Source: Kofleriaceae bacterium | GTDB taxonomy: Bacteria > Myxococcota_A > Polyangia > Haliangiales > Haliangiaceae | Reading direction: 5' to 3' | NCBI GenBank assembly: GCA_965215005.1 | Contig: CBDCCZ010000003.1 | Span: 128,001 to 192,000, forward strand | DNA: 64,000 bases | Shown: positions 19,930 to 31,951 of the stretch, piece by piece | How positions within the stretch are numbered: the first letter of the stretch is position 1 | How the letters are laid out: each line of letters starts with the position of its first letter | Program-made: the position numbers and the translations under genes | Notes under the pieces: generated by a model | The model's input: only the letters and a program-made list of their open reading frames with translations | Told to the model about the DNA's origin: nothing | The model's database searches: none

Positions 19930-21045
19930 CTATGGAGCGTCCGCTCGCGCAGGAGTGCCGAGATATTCCTCAGGATCAACCAAGCGGTCACAGCCGAGCT
20001 GCTCACCCGCCGACGTGTCCACAGCCACGCAGGCCTGGCCCTCTGGGCAGCCATAGTCCGCCCCGCACGGCGCGTAACACAGGCCCGGCAAGCGAGAAGT
20101 GCGATCACTGCCGCAGAAGGCCTCGCCCTCGCAATCATCCTGCTGCCGCGATGCATCGCAGGTCTTCACACACGAAGCTTCAAAACCTGCAGCCTGATAC
20201 TCATGGACGTAACACGCTTCGCCCGCACCGCAGCCCTCATCGATGCAGCCGAGACGCTCTGGCGCGATGCACAACGCCGCGAAGCCCAGCGCTCTGGGAA
20301 TTTGCCGACAGACGCGGCCACCAGAACAGTCTTGATCGGTCGTGCAATGGGGCCGACACATCTTCGAATCGGCACCCACGAAGGTCGCACACGAAGAGCC
20401 GGGCCCGCAGTCATCGTCATCGGTGCAGCGAAGCGGAAGACACCCATGGTCGGTACAGCGCAACCCTCTAGCACAGCGCCCGCTGGGTTCGTAATTGACG
20501 TTCGCCGAACACGGTTGCCCCTTTGTCTGGCTGCCCGCTGTCGTGCACATAAAGATGCTCTCGCCACTGAACCTCGACCTGACTGAGCAGATCCTGCCTA
20601 TGCCGCACGCATCGTCTGTGCCGATCCCTGAGCATTCGGAAACGAGGCAGCGACGGACGAGACGGCCGTCGGGGTCGAACGCATCGGCAAACGTACAAAG
20701 TCCAATTGCGCAGTCCTGGTCGGTCTCACAGCGTGGGGGGCACCGCGTCTCGCCGTCGATCTTCACACAAGCCGCGCCGCACTCGCTCAGACAGTCATCG
20801 GGATTGGCGACCGCTTCGCCCGCTGCCTCCGTGGTGCGCAACGGCTGATCAAGTGAGCTTGCCGAGCCGTGCCCAACGCGCGGTGACACCTCAGAGAAGA
20901 CGCGTGCACCAGTTGCCGCTCCGAGCTCTCGCGGCGACTCCATTGCAATGTCGCCGTCGCCGTCACCGGCAGCTCCCGTCGACGCCAGAATCCACACCAG
21001 CGCCAAGCAAAGCAGACACAGAACAAGAGCGAGCGCTCGCCTCAC
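19930..21045 (-). CDS. Membrane-anchored or secreted Cys-rich repeat protein
   Basis: N-terminal hydrophobic segment; repeated CxxDxDC modules. Confidence 0.75.
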   Translation of the reverse strand: MRRALALVLCLLCLALVWILASTGAAGDGDGDIAMESPRELGAATGARVFSEVSPRVGHGSASSLDQPLRTTEAAGEAVANPDDCLSECGAACVKIDGETRCPPRCETDQDCAIGLCTFADAFDPDGRLVRRCLVSECSGIGTDDACGIGRICSVRSRFSGESIFMCTTAGSQTKGQPCSANVNYEPSGRCARGLRCTDHGCLPLRCTDDDDCGPGSSCATFVGADSKMCRPHCTTDQDCSGGRVCRQIPRALGFAALCIAPERLGCIDEGCGAGEACYVHEYQAAGFEASCVKTCDASRQQDDCEGEAFCGSDRTSRLPGLCYAPCGADYGCPEGQACVAVDTSAGEQLGCDRLVDPEEYLGTPARADAP

Positions 21046-21077
21046 CTAATACCGCCTATCACCAAACAGCTCTCAAA

Positions 21078-22862
21078 CTACGCGATGACGCCGACTCGTC
21101 GCATGAAGGTATCGACCACCTGACTGACGCGAACGCGATCGAGATGGTCATCTAGCCATTCCAGGCCGACGGCTTCGCCAACCACCCGCATGGCACCGGC
21201 GAGGCGAAACATCGAAGGGCCGCCGAGCATCTCGAAGCCGTGGGGACGTCCGGCTTCGTGGCGGCGGCGATCGCGTTCTTTGAACCGCGTTAGCTGCGTC
21301 GGCTCCTGCAGGCGCCAAACCCGCGCCTTTGCGCCGGTGAAGCCGTCGCGGTCGAGGATTGCGTTGGTGGCTCGGCGAGCAGCCTCGTTGGCGCCTTCCA
21401 TGCTGGCCAGATCGGTGTTGGTACGCACGTAGTCGCCGGCGAGGAAGAGATTTTCGATGGTGCAGTCCGGTTCCGGACGATGCGCCCAGGAGCCAGGCGG
21501 ATGGACCAACAGGCGCGATCGATTGATGGGCGGAGTTCCAAGCGAGTAGTCGAGGTCGGCGTCTAGATGCCACGAGTGCAGATGCGCATCTGTCAAACAG
21601 ATGCTCGAAAGGCTGTTCAGATGAATCTTGAGCTGGCCCCACACCTCACGCGCGATTTCCGCCGGCGTGCACGCGCGAGCGGGCTTGCGCACCATGACGC
21701 CCGGTGTTTCCCAATCAGATATGTCAACTGACAGAATGCCGCCTACTTCGCCGTTGCCATACCGTTTGCGAAACATTCCGTGGTCATTCCAGAACTGCGC
21801 TTGCGAGATGAGCGTTAGGGCCCACGGGGCATCGGCAAAGAAGACGTGGCCCGGCACGCATTGCACGTCTTCCCACAGAAAGAACTGGATCCCCGCCATC
21901 CAGGCGGTCAGCTGGCTCATATCGGCATGGGCGATCGCCGCCAGACTCGGCTCCGCCTCGCACATCGCCGGCGTGATGAGCCGATGCATGACGTCGATTG
22001 GGATTGCCGAGACGTAGTAGTCACCGACGATGGGCGCCGACTCGCCAGCGATGCATACGCCGGTGATGCGGTCGCGCTCGAACATCAGCGACGTCACCGG
22101 CGCGCTGAGATGGAAGCGAACCCCGCGACTCGCGAGATACGCCACCCAATGCTCGAGCCACATCTCGCTCGTCGGCCCGCTCATCGTTCGATCGGTGTTG
22201 ACGCCCTCATGAGAAAAGTCGAGTAGGAGCTGCATCGAGATGTTGCCGATGCTCCGAGCGCTGCCACGCATAGGATCCATCGCCACCATGGTTCGCGGGA
22301 CGATCCGCAAGAACCGCTGAAAGTTGGCCGAGTAGCCATCGCCTCGCAGATAGCTCCACCACGACACGCCCTCGTATTCACCCGCGCGACGCTCCTCGCA
22401 CGACGTCAGGTACTGCAAGACCTTCATGATGAAGAGCCCAACGTCGAACGAATCGACATCCATGGTCTGAAAAAACAGCTCGATAGAGCGCGCGATCGAT
22501 AGCGGCGTGTTGGGAGCTCGACGTGCGAAGCGATGCAAGCAACAACCATCGGCAAGTGCCACCGCCGCTTCGTTACAGTCGCGAAGGTTGTCGCGAACAT
22601 TGGCGCCTGGCTGCCCCACCAGCGGAATTCGCCGCATGGTGTCGATGACGTGCTCGTAGAAGCGCGGATAGAAGCGAAAACCGTGTTCTCCGGGCAGCTC
22701 TCGCCGTCCTCCAGCGGCAGAGCCCGCCACCCACTGGCTGCGCGCTTTGCCGCCGAGGGTGGCGTTGGCCTCGTAAACGTCGACCTCGAAGCCCCGTTCG
22801 ATCAGCTCGTGAGCCGCCGTGAGGCCGGCGATGCCACCTCCCAATACGACGACCTTCCCCAT
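21078..22862 (-). CDS. FAD-dependent oxidoreductase (phytoene/hydroxysqualene desaturase-like)
   Basis: GGGIAGLTAAHEL, GEHGFRF and NLFLAGDYVRT..DLASMEGANE motifs. Confidence 0.88.
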   Translation of the reverse strand: MGKVVVLGGGIAGLTAAHELIERGFEVDVYEANATLGGKARSQWVAGSAAGGRRELPGEHGFRFYPRFYEHVIDTMRRIPLVGQPGANVRDNLRDCNEAAVALADGCCLHRFARRAPNTPLSIARSIELFFQTMDVDSFDVGLFIMKVLQYLTSCEERRAGEYEGVSWWSYLRGDGYSANFQRFLRIVPRTMVAMDPMRGSARSIGNISMQLLLDFSHEGVNTDRTMSGPTSEMWLEHWVAYLASRGVRFHLSAPVTSLMFERDRITGVCIAGESAPIVGDYYVSAIPIDVMHRLITPAMCEAEPSLAAIAHADMSQLTAWMAGIQFFLWEDVQCVPGHVFFADAPWALTLISQAQFWNDHGMFRKRYGNGEVGGILSVDISDWETPGVMVRKPARACTPAEIAREVWGQLKIHLNSLSSICLTDAHLHSWHLDADLDYSLGTPPINRSRLLVHPPGSWAHRPEPDCTIENLFLAGDYVRTNTDLASMEGANEAARRATNAILDRDGFTGAKARVWRLQEPTQLTRFKERDRRRHEAGRPHGFEMLGGPSMFRLAGAMRVVGEAVGLEWLDDHLDRVRVSQVVDTFMRRVGVIA

Positions 22863-22872
22863 TGCCGGCAGC

Positions 22873-25800
22873 CTACCCGAGCGCGCCGGCCGTAAGCCAC
22901 TCGATCGTGGCGCTCATCTCGCCATCGCCGCGCAGTGCCGCGATGGCAGCGGCTTCGATGACGCCGCCGCATTTGCTCGCCGCGCGAGCGGCCTCACCCA
23001 GCACTTGCTGGCAGTCCGGCTCGCGCCTCATCAGCTGCAGCGCTTGGCCCTTGAGCCGCAGCGCGACGGGGTAAAAGAATGAACGTCGCCCAAGCCATTG
23101 AAGCCGGCGCGCGTGCGCATACGCCCGCTCGGCGTGCTTGTCGCTACCGCCCTCGCCATGCAATCCGAGGCCGAGATGCGCTGTAGCCAACAGCTGATGC
23201 CGCGTGGCTACGAAGATCGGTAACCGTGGAAGAACTCGGTCGAACTCGGGCGACCGCATCGCCTCTGCAGCGATTAGCGTGCCGCGATAATCACGACGGG
23301 CCAAGCACACCTCTGCCGCGAGGGTGAGCTGCCACAACCGCGATACTCCGAGCTGCGCCGAAGCATCGGCCGCAAGCTCGATGGAGCGATCCTCCGCTTC
23401 GTCCACCCGGCCGGCGTAAAGAACGGCGCGCGCGTAGAACAAGCTGGCGAGTGAGCGAGTGAATACGTCTGGCAGATCCGCTGCAAGCATGCCGCCGAGC
23501 ACGTCGACGGAGCGGTGAACCTCTCCAGCGTAAAACTCCCCGTGCGCATAATACGTGCGCAGAAACGACGCTTCCCAGGACCGGCTCAACCCGAGCTCAT
23601 TCGAGATGCGTTCACCGCGCGCCGATGCATCTCGCATCGCCCGCCAGTCTCCGCGCACCGTGTGGCCAAGCAGCCGCACCGCCGCGACCACCATCTGCGC
23701 GTAAGGATCGCCGCATCGCTCTGCAATCGCTTCGGCGCGATTGGTCCACGGACTGCGCAACAAGCCGACGCTGGTGACCTCGAGATACGACGACACCATC
23801 GCCCATCCGCACGCCTCGGCGCTGGCATTCCCGCGTCGGCGGGCGTGCAGAATCGAGCGCAGCACGTACTCGAACGCCTCCCGCGGATACGGCGTCGACA
23901 GATAGCTACCGATCACGCGATAGACCTCGGCCATCAGCTCGGCCTCCGTGGCCGCATTCGCGGTAGCGGAGGTAGGCGCGGAACGCGCGGAACGTGCGCG
24001 CCAGAGCAGCTCGAGCGCAGGCCCGAGCGGCGCCCATAGCGAGGCGAGGCGACGACGGCGAAACACGAGCCCGCGCGAGGCGAGTAGCTCTTCCAGAGTG
24101 GCGATGCCGCGGTCGAGCTCGCCGAGCTTGATCTGCGCTTCGGCAGCGCCTAGCAGCCACTGGTCACGCGCGAGCCCTTGCTGCTCGGCAGCCAAATCGC
24201 GGCACAGCGTCGCAGCGCGGCCATAGTCGCCCGCGAGCAACACCAGCCGCGCGCGCCGCTCTGCGGCCACTTGTACCTGCTCCGCTGGCAGCCCCAACTC
24301 CAGCGCTCGATCGTAGAGGGCAGCCGCATCTTCGAAAGCCAGCTGCTGCGCTGCCTGCTCGGCGGCGGCGTTTGCCCACGGCGCGGCGCGAGAAGACTCG
24401 CCTGCGCGAGCCCAGTGTTCGGCGAGCCGCTCGGCAACCCCGGGAACCAGCCGGTCGGCTTCGTAGCTGGTGGCAAACGCACGATGAAGCTCTTGTGCCC
24501 GCTCGGGGCCAAGCTGGCGATACGCCGCTTGCCGCAGGCGGTCATGATAATAATGATAGGCAACACCGCCGGTCGAGGTCGGTGCGATGCGCACGATGCG
24601 CGTCGCCAGAAGGCCGTGCAGGGCCGACAACAGCTTCGCAGGTGCCAATTGCGTGACCCGCTGGAGGCGCTCGTAGGCAACTGAGCCGCCGGCGACCGCC
24701 ACCGCCTGCGCCACCATCCGCTCGTGCTCCTCGAGGAACTCCACCCGAGAGCGCTCGAGGGCGGCGACATCGAGTCGTGAGCGACTCGCCACCGTCTGGT
24801 TCTGGGCCAGCTCACGCGCCATTGATTCCGCGATATATGGGATCCCGCCGCTGAGAAGCACCAGCTGCGAGACGACACCGTCGTCGAGCTCACCGGGGCA
24901 CATCGACCGAATGAGCGCCGCGGCATCGGGCTCCGCCAGCGGCGGCAGGTTGAGGAGCGAGGTCCGAGCGCTGGCGATGGCGCGGGTCAGGAAGGCTTGC
25001 AGAGGCGCTCTGGCCTTGAGGTCCTCATCGCGAAACATCAGGATCACCAGGAGCGGCAGCTCCTGCTGATCGCCGAGCATCGCGAGTAGCTCGAAGCTCG
25101 CCGGATCGGCCCACTGCAGATCATCGACCGCGAGGATGCCGGCACCGCCGCGCAGACGGCGTCGCAGCAGACCGGTGAGGGCACTGAACGCGCGTTCGCG
25201 CTCGGCGCGAGGATCCGTGACGGCGCTGTCGTCGATGACGGCGAGTTCTGCAAACGCGGGAAACACGCGCGCCAGGGCCGCGGCGTGCGGCGGCATGGCA
25301 TCGGTGCGCCAATCGGCTCCGGCATCCGCCGCAAGCTCCTCGGCAACGCGGTCGAATGCGCGATAGGAGATGGTTTCCGAGTCGTAGCAGCGATCGCGAT
25401 ATACGATCGCCTGCGCCGCCGACGTCGATACGTGCAGCTCATCGAGCAGCGCGGTCTTCCCGGCTCCAGAGGGTCCCACGAGAAACATCACGCGGGGGAG
25501 CCGGTCGCTGCGAGCCTTCTCGAGCTCGCCGCGCAGCGCCGCCAGCTCCTCTTGGCGGCCGACGAACTGCGGTCGCCGTTCGCGCCTGGGCTCGCTGAGC
25601 GCATGCCCCAGCGCCACAGAACGCACCGCTTCGGCGGTGGGACGCTCACTCGGATCCTTGCGCAACAGCGCGTCGATGGTTCGAGCCAGATCTTCGGCCA
25701 GCACCGGATTCACCGACCGCACCGCTGGGGCCAGCTCCTCGACGTGAGACGTGACGATTTGATAAAACGTGCCGCCAAACGGCGGCGCGCCAGTGACGAG

Positions 25801-26514
25801 CTCGAATGCCAACACCCCGAGGGCGTAGAGATCCACCGCCGGCGAAACTTCTTGGCCGTGCAGATATTCCGGCGCCATATAAGCGACCGTTCCGGCCATC
25901 GGCGAGGCAGTGCGGCTCTGCCCGCGCACCGGCGTGCAGTCGAAGACGAGCCCAAAATCGAGCAGCTTGACGTGACCATCTGCGGTGACGAGTGCGTTGG
26001 AGGGCTTTACGTCGCGATGCACCTTGCCGTGCTCGTGCAGGTGTGCGAGCCCTAACGCCAGCTGCGCCAAGGCGCTGCGCAGCCGCTCCTCGTTGAGCGA
26101 CAGCGCTCGCGGACGCAGCCAGGAAACCGGCTCCGGGCCCGGACCAGAGATGGTCTCGGCATCGATCGTACTCAGCGTCATCGCTCCCGTGTCGGCGTGC
26201 GCGATGACGCTCTCGGCTTCACCGCGGACCCAGCTCCGCAAGTCACTACCGCGCACCAGCTCCATCGTGAAGAACGCGGTATCGCGGTCGACATAGAGCT
26301 CGTAGAGGTCGACCAAGTTGCGATGGCGCAGCTCAGCAACCGAGCGGAACTCATGCTTGAGCTGCCCCAAGCGGCGCGGATCCGTATGCGCCACGGTCTT
26401 GAGCGCGAGCCTGGCACCGGTGTCGGTGTCAACCGCCTCGTACACCGTTCCCATGCCACCGCGCCCGAGCTCACAGACGATCTCGAAGCGCCCTCGACCC
26501 AGCTCACGTCGCAT
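22873..26514 (-). CDS. Ser/Thr kinase fused to AAA (STAND-like) ATPase and TPR-like helical region
   Basis: HRDVKPSN, DFG, YMAPE; FVGRQEEL, GPSGAGKT, VDDLQWAD. Alternative start at 26529. Confidence 0.93.
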   Translation of the reverse strand: MRRELGRGRFEIVCELGRGGMGTVYEAVDTDTGARLALKTVAHTDPRRLGQLKHEFRSVAELRHRNLVDLYELYVDRDTAFFTMELVRGSDLRSWVRGEAESVIAHADTGAMTLSTIDAETISGPGPEPVSWLRPRALSLNEERLRSALAQLALGLAHLHEHGKVHRDVKPSNALVTADGHVKLLDFGLVFDCTPVRGQSRTASPMAGTVAYMAPEYLHGQEVSPAVDLYALGVLAFELVTGAPPFGGTFYQIVTSHVEELAPAVRSVNPVLAEDLARTIDALLRKDPSERPTAEAVRSVALGHALSEPRRERRPQFVGRQEELAALRGELEKARSDRLPRVMFLVGPSGAGKTALLDELHVSTSAAQAIVYRDRCYDSETISYRAFDRVAEELAADAGADWRTDAMPPHAAALARVFPAFAELAVIDDSAVTDPRAERERAFSALTGLLRRRLRGGAGILAVDDLQWADPASFELLAMLGDQQELPLLVILMFRDEDLKARAPLQAFLTRAIASARTSLLNLPPLAEPDAAALIRSMCPGELDDGVVSQLVLLSGGIPYIAESMARELAQNQTVASRSRLDVAALERSRVEFLEEHERMVAQAVAVAGGSVAYERLQRVTQLAPAKLLSALHGLLATRIVRIAPTSTGGVAYHYYHDRLRQAAYRQLGPERAQELHRAFATSYEADRLVPGVAERLAEHWARAGESSRAAPWANAAAEQAAQQLAFEDAAALYDRALELGLPAEQVQVAAERRARLVLLAGDYGRAATLCRDLAAEQQGLARDQWLLGAAEAQIKLGELDRGIATLEELLASRGLVFRRRRLASLWAPLGPALELLWRARSARSAPTSATANAATEAELMAEVYRVIGSYLSTPYPREAFEYVLRSILHARRRGNASAEACGWAMVSSYLEVTSVGLLRSPWTNRAEAIAERCGDPYAQMVVAAVRLLGHTVRGDWRAMRDASARGERISNELGLSRSWEASFLRTYYAHGEFYAGEVHRSVDVLGGMLAADLPDVFTRSLASLFYARAVLYAGRVDEAEDRSIELAADASAQLGVSRLWQLTLAAEVCLARRDYRGTLIAAEAMRSPEFDRVLPRLPIFVATRHQLLATAHLGLGLHGEGGSDKHAERAYAHARRLQWLGRRSFFYPVALRLKGQALQLMRREPDCQQVLGEAARAASKCGGVIEAAAIAALRGDGEMSATIEWLTAGALG

Positions 26515-26575
26515 GAGCGATACCCCCATGATAGGCTAAACGACACCCACGCCGACGCCACTTGGACCTTCGTCG

Positions 26576-27301
26576 ATGCCGAACGCCAGCCGCATGCTCT
26601 TCGCTCATGTCGTCGACCGCGACGACGAAGACATCGAGCTCGACGTCGCTGCGCTGCTGGTAGCGGAGTGGGAGTATGAGCGACTCGAGGTTGCTCATTA
26701 CGTCGACCAGCTGGATCGCTTCTCGGAGTCGGTCGAGAAGATTTTGCGCGATCTGGGCAATGTCCGGTTTGGACCCGTGCGAGCCATCAATCGGGTCCTG
26801 TTCCGTGAGCTCGGCTTTCGCGGCAATCAAGACGACTACTACGATCCGCGCAACAGTTTCCTCAACGAGGTAATCGACCGCCGCACAGGGATTCCCATAA
26901 GTCTGTCTATTCTGTACATGGAAGTAGCCCGCCGTGTCGACATCCCCATCGAGGGTGTTGCCTTCCCCGGCCACTTCCTCGTCCGTTATGACGAAGACGA
27001 CGACTCGCTCATCATCGATCCGTTTCGCATGGGTCTCACGATGGACCGCGATGATCTCCAGTCGCTGCTCCGACGAGTGGAGGGACAGGAGGCAACGCTG
27101 TCCCCGGAGCATCTGCAACCGGTCAGCAAGAAGTCGCTACTGATGCGACTCTTGACCAATCTCGCAGCGATCTACAGCAAGCACCGCGACGCGCTCCGCT
27201 CCGTCGAGGTGCTCGAGCGCATGCGCATTCTCGACCCGCAGAACAGCCGCGTGGAACGCGCGCTGAGCCGGCTGCGCGCGCAAGCCATTGAAGTCAACTG
27301 A
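26576..27301 (+). CDS. SirB1-type transglutaminase-like protein with TPR
   Basis: GFRGNQDDYYDPRNSFLNEVIDRRTGIPISLS, FPGHFLV and IDPF motifs. Confidence 0.92.
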   Translation: MPNASRMLFAHVVDRDDEDIELDVAALLVAEWEYERLEVAHYVDQLDRFSESVEKILRDLGNVRFGPVRAINRVLFRELGFRGNQDDYYDPRNSFLNEVIDRRTGIPISLSILYMEVARRVDIPIEGVAFPGHFLVRYDEDDDSLIIDPFRMGLTMDRDDLQSLLRRVEGQEATLSPEHLQPVSKKSLLMRLLTNLAAIYSKHRDALRSVEVLERMRILDPQNSRVERALSRLRAQAIEVN

Positions 27302-27343
27302 GGCCGCGTGTGAGCGAGGCCAACGGAGCTCCCTCCAGAGGCA

Positions 27344-27715
27344 TTACTCCAGCTGCAAGCCACAATCGGCGCACGCACCCATGACCAGCGGTGCTGCGTG
27401 GCCACACGCCGGGCACGGCGGCTCGTCGCTTCCGCTTGCAACCGCGGGCGCGGGCGCGGCAGTGCCCTCCGCTGCAACCATAGCGGCCCACTCGGCCTGC
27501 AACAGCCTTGCAACGCGCTCAACATCTGCCTCCTGGACCAGGAGGACGGCTTTGGTGCCTCAGCCCTTGCCGCTGCCGGCAGGCGCCGCGGCCGCGGCGG
27601 CTACATCCGCAGCGAGACAGCGGTCTACGAGCTCTTTGATGTAAGCGAGCGAGCCCTGCACACAGGGAACGGCGCCGGATTCTTCGAGAAGCGCGGCAGC
27701 GGTCTTGGCGTCCAT
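27344..27715 (-). CDS. Candidate selenoprotein (123 aa, UGA at codon 52) with C-terminal zinc ribbon
   Basis: MDAKTAAALLEESGAVPCVQGSLAYIKELVDRCLAADVAAAAAAPAGSGKG-UGA-GTKAVLLVQEADVERVARLLQAEWAAMVAAEGT...PPCPACGHAAPLVMGACADCGLQLE-TAA. The frame stays open and protein-like past the UGA at 27560-27562, and a hairpin follows it. Confidence 0.72.
27523..27548 (-). promoter_or_regulatory. SECIS-like stem-loop
   Basis: mRNA reads UGA-GGCACCAAAGC-CGUC-CUCCUG-GUC-CAGGAG-GCA-GAUG; the stem starts 11 nt after UGA and the apical loop starts with G. Confidence 0.65.
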
Positions 27716-27781
27716 CCCGCCATTGTAATGGACTTCGGCAGCAAACGCAGTAGAGTCGCCGACCGACGAGAGTATCTGTTT

Positions 27782-29374
<1,593 letters not shown>

Positions 29375-29493
29375 CCGGGGCTTGGCACCGCGTTCTCGGC
29401 CATCGCCGCCAACGTCATCACGCTCGATGGGTTGCCGGCAGCCTTGCTATCGGAGTTGACCGGCGGCGATCCGCTTCCTAGCAACGTCGCGCC

Positions 29494-31410
29494 TCAAGTC
29501 GCGTCTTGCTGGCGCGCTTCGAGCTCTGCCCACCGCTCCACCAGCGCTTCGGCCGCCACCCGAGCCGCCTCGAGCTCGGCCGCAACCCGCGCCTGGTCCC
29601 CGTGCGGCAAGTCCGCAAACGATGGACTGCCGATGGTTGCCTCGAGCACAGCAACGTCGGCCTCGGCTGCCATGACGCGCTCCATCAGCCCTTCTAGCTC
29701 GAGCTCCTCCCCGTAGGTGAGCGCTTTTCTGTGCTTTGGCGCCGAGGGCGGATTCTGCGGCGTAGCGACCACCGGCTGCGGCCGCTGCGCTGCGCGAAGC
29801 TCATCGCGGTGGCGCACGAAGTCGCTGTAGCCGCCATGGACACGCAGCGCATGCGGCTTGCCGCTCTCGCCATTCTCGAGGCCGAGCACCGAGGTCGCAA
29901 CGCGATCGAGAAACCAGCGGTCGTGCGTCACGACTAGAACGGTGCCGCCAAAGTCCATGAGCGACTCTTCCAGCGCTGCCAGCGTCATGACGTCGAGGTC
30001 GTTGGTGGGCTCATCGAGGATGACCAGGTTCGAGCCCTCGCGCAGGATGCGCGCGAGCGCCACGCGCGCCCGCTCACCGCCCGACAACGAGCCGACTTTC
30101 TGCTGCTGCTTCTCGCGCGAGAACAAAAATCGCTCGAGATACGCCAGGACCGTCAGCTCCTGCGCGCCGAGCTGCACGTTCACGCGACCTTCGGCGACGT
30201 TGTCATAAACCGTGGCTGCGTCGTCGAGGCCGCTGCGACGCTGATCGAGATACGCGATCTTGGTGTTCTTGCCGAGCACCACCTCGCCGCGCGCCGGCGC
30301 AAGCTCACCCAACAGCACCCGCACCAGCGTTGTCTTGCCACTGCCGTTGCGACCGACGATGCCGATGCGTTCCCCCGCCCCGAGGCTGAGCTCGAGACCA
30401 TCGATCAATCGCTTGCCGGCAATCTCCACCGCCAAGTCATGAACCTCGAGCACTTGCTTGCCGCTGCGAGTCTGGCTCAGCGCAATGCGTGCTGTGCCAC
30501 TGGCACGCGTAGGACCCGAATCGAGCACCGCGTGCGCGCGGTCGATGCGCGCCTTTTGCTTGCCGGTGCGAGCTTTTGGTTGGCGACGCAGCCACTCGAG
30601 CTCGCGGCGGAGGAAATTTTGCCGATTGGCTTCCGTCTGCTCGGCCCGCTCGTGACGCTCGGCCCTCGCAGTGAGATACGACTCCCAGCCGCCATCGTAG
30701 GAAAACAGCGCGCCATTCTCGAGCTCGATGGTGCGCGTCACGACCCGATCGAGCAGATATCGATCATGGGTGACCAGCAGCAGTGCACCGGTAAAACGCT
30801 CGACCAGGTACGTCTCCAGCCACTCGATGGTGTCGACGTCGAGGTGGTTGGTAGGCTCATCGAGCAGCGCCACGTCCGGCCGCGCCACCAGCAAGCGCGC
30901 CATGGCAACGCGCCGGCGCTCGCCGCCGCTCATCGAGTCGATAGGAGCCGTCGCGTCGGCAATTCCTAAATGCCCGAGCACCGAGCTCGCCTCATGCGAC
31001 AGCTGCCACCCTCCGAGCCGCTCCACCGTGGCAGCCAGCGCGCTCTGCTCCGCCAACAGCGCCTCGAGCTCGACCCCCGGTTGTCCGAGCGCTTCGCTCA
31101 CGACTCGATGGCGCTCGACCGCGCGCGTCCATTCAGCCAACCCTTCGAGCACCGCCTGCAACGCCGTTGCGCCCACCGGCAGCGCTGGCTCTTGCGCCAG
31201 GTATCCGAGTCGAAGGTCGCGCTGGCGCGCTACCGCGCCCTCGTCAGCGTCTTCGAGGCCGGCAAGGATGCGAGCAAACGTGCTCTTCCCGGAGCCATTG
31301 CGGCCCACCACGCCGATTCGTTCGCCCGCATCGACAGTGAGGCTGACACCGGCAAGCACATCGCGATCGCCAAAGCTCTTGCGCAGCCCGGTCGCGGTGA
31401 GAATCGGCAT
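29494..31410 (-). CDS. ABC-F family ATPase (Uup-like)
   Basis: Two ABC cassettes (GRNGSGKS/T, SGGE, LDEPTN), linker ELEWLRRQPKARTGKQKARI, C-terminal coiled coil. Confidence 0.95.
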   Translation of the reverse strand: MPILTATGLRKSFGDRDVLAGVSLTVDAGERIGVVGRNGSGKSTFARILAGLEDADEGAVARQRDLRLGYLAQEPALPVGATALQAVLEGLAEWTRAVERHRVVSEALGQPGVELEALLAEQSALAATVERLGGWQLSHEASSVLGHLGIADATAPIDSMSGGERRRVAMARLLVARPDVALLDEPTNHLDVDTIEWLETYLVERFTGALLLVTHDRYLLDRVVTRTIELENGALFSYDGGWESYLTARAERHERAEQTEANRQNFLRRELEWLRRQPKARTGKQKARIDRAHAVLDSGPTRASGTARIALSQTRSGKQVLEVHDLAVEIAGKRLIDGLELSLGAGERIGIVGRNGSGKTTLVRVLLGELAPARGEVVLGKNTKIAYLDQRRSGLDDAATVYDNVAEGRVNVQLGAQELTVLAYLERFLFSREKQQQKVGSLSGGERARVALARILREGSNLVILDEPTNDLDVMTLAALEESLMDFGGTVLVVTHDRWFLDRVATSVLGLENGESGKPHALRVHGGYSDFVRHRDELRAAQRPQPVVATPQNPPSAPKHRKALTYGEELELEGLMERVMAAEADVAVLEATIGSPSFADLPHGDQARVAAELEAARVAAEALVERWAELEARQQDAT

Positions 31411-31503
31411 CGCATCGATTTACCACACTGGCGCCCTCTCCTCATGCCGCGGCCTCCACACGCCCCCGCAACGGGGTGATCGCGCACCGCCCCCATACCG
31501 AAC

Positions 31504-31926
31504 TCAGTCGTCTTCGACGCCATTCTCGAGATGTTGAAAGAGCTGGCTCGAGTCCACCGGCACTTCCGCAGGATCGCCCTCCGGCACCAGCTCGCGTAGA
31601 CGGCTATGAATTCGCGACAACTGTGCGAGCTGCGCCTCGAGGTCGACGATCTTTGGCTCGACCAGCGCAACTAGCTCCAGGTTGCTGGCGCCCCGCCGCG
31701 ACCGCAGCTCGAGCAGGGCGCGGATCTCGGCAAGCGTGAACCCAAGAGCCTGCGCGCGTTTGATGAAACCGATCCGAGAGACGATATCGGCTGAGTAGGA
31801 ACGATACCCGCTCGCACGCCGCGCCGGAGCCGGCAGGAGTCCTCGCCGCTCGTAGTACCGCACGGTCGCCGTGCTCACCCGAGCGCGTGCTGCGATATCT
31901 CCTATGAGGAGGTGATTTTCGTCCAT
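31504..31926 (-). CDS. MerR family transcriptional regulator
   Basis: IGDIAARARVSTATVRYYERRGLL...SGYRSY...FIKRAQALGFTLAEI. Confidence 0.93.
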   Translation of the reverse strand: MDENHLLIGDIAARARVSTATVRYYERRGLLPAPARRASGYRSYSADIVSRIGFIKRAQALGFTLAEIRALLELRSRRGASNLELVALVEPKIVDLEAQLAQLSRIHSRLRELVPEGDPAEVPVDSSQLFQHLENGVEDD

Positions 31927-31951
31927 AGAACAGGCGCCGCAAACAACCTGC

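Noticed and set aside
27398..27781. 128-aa N-terminal extension of RF3 in the ORF track
   Set aside because: RF3 similarity starts at MSTALPRAIESRRTFAII (27782); the extension is the antisense shadow of the UGA-containing gene.
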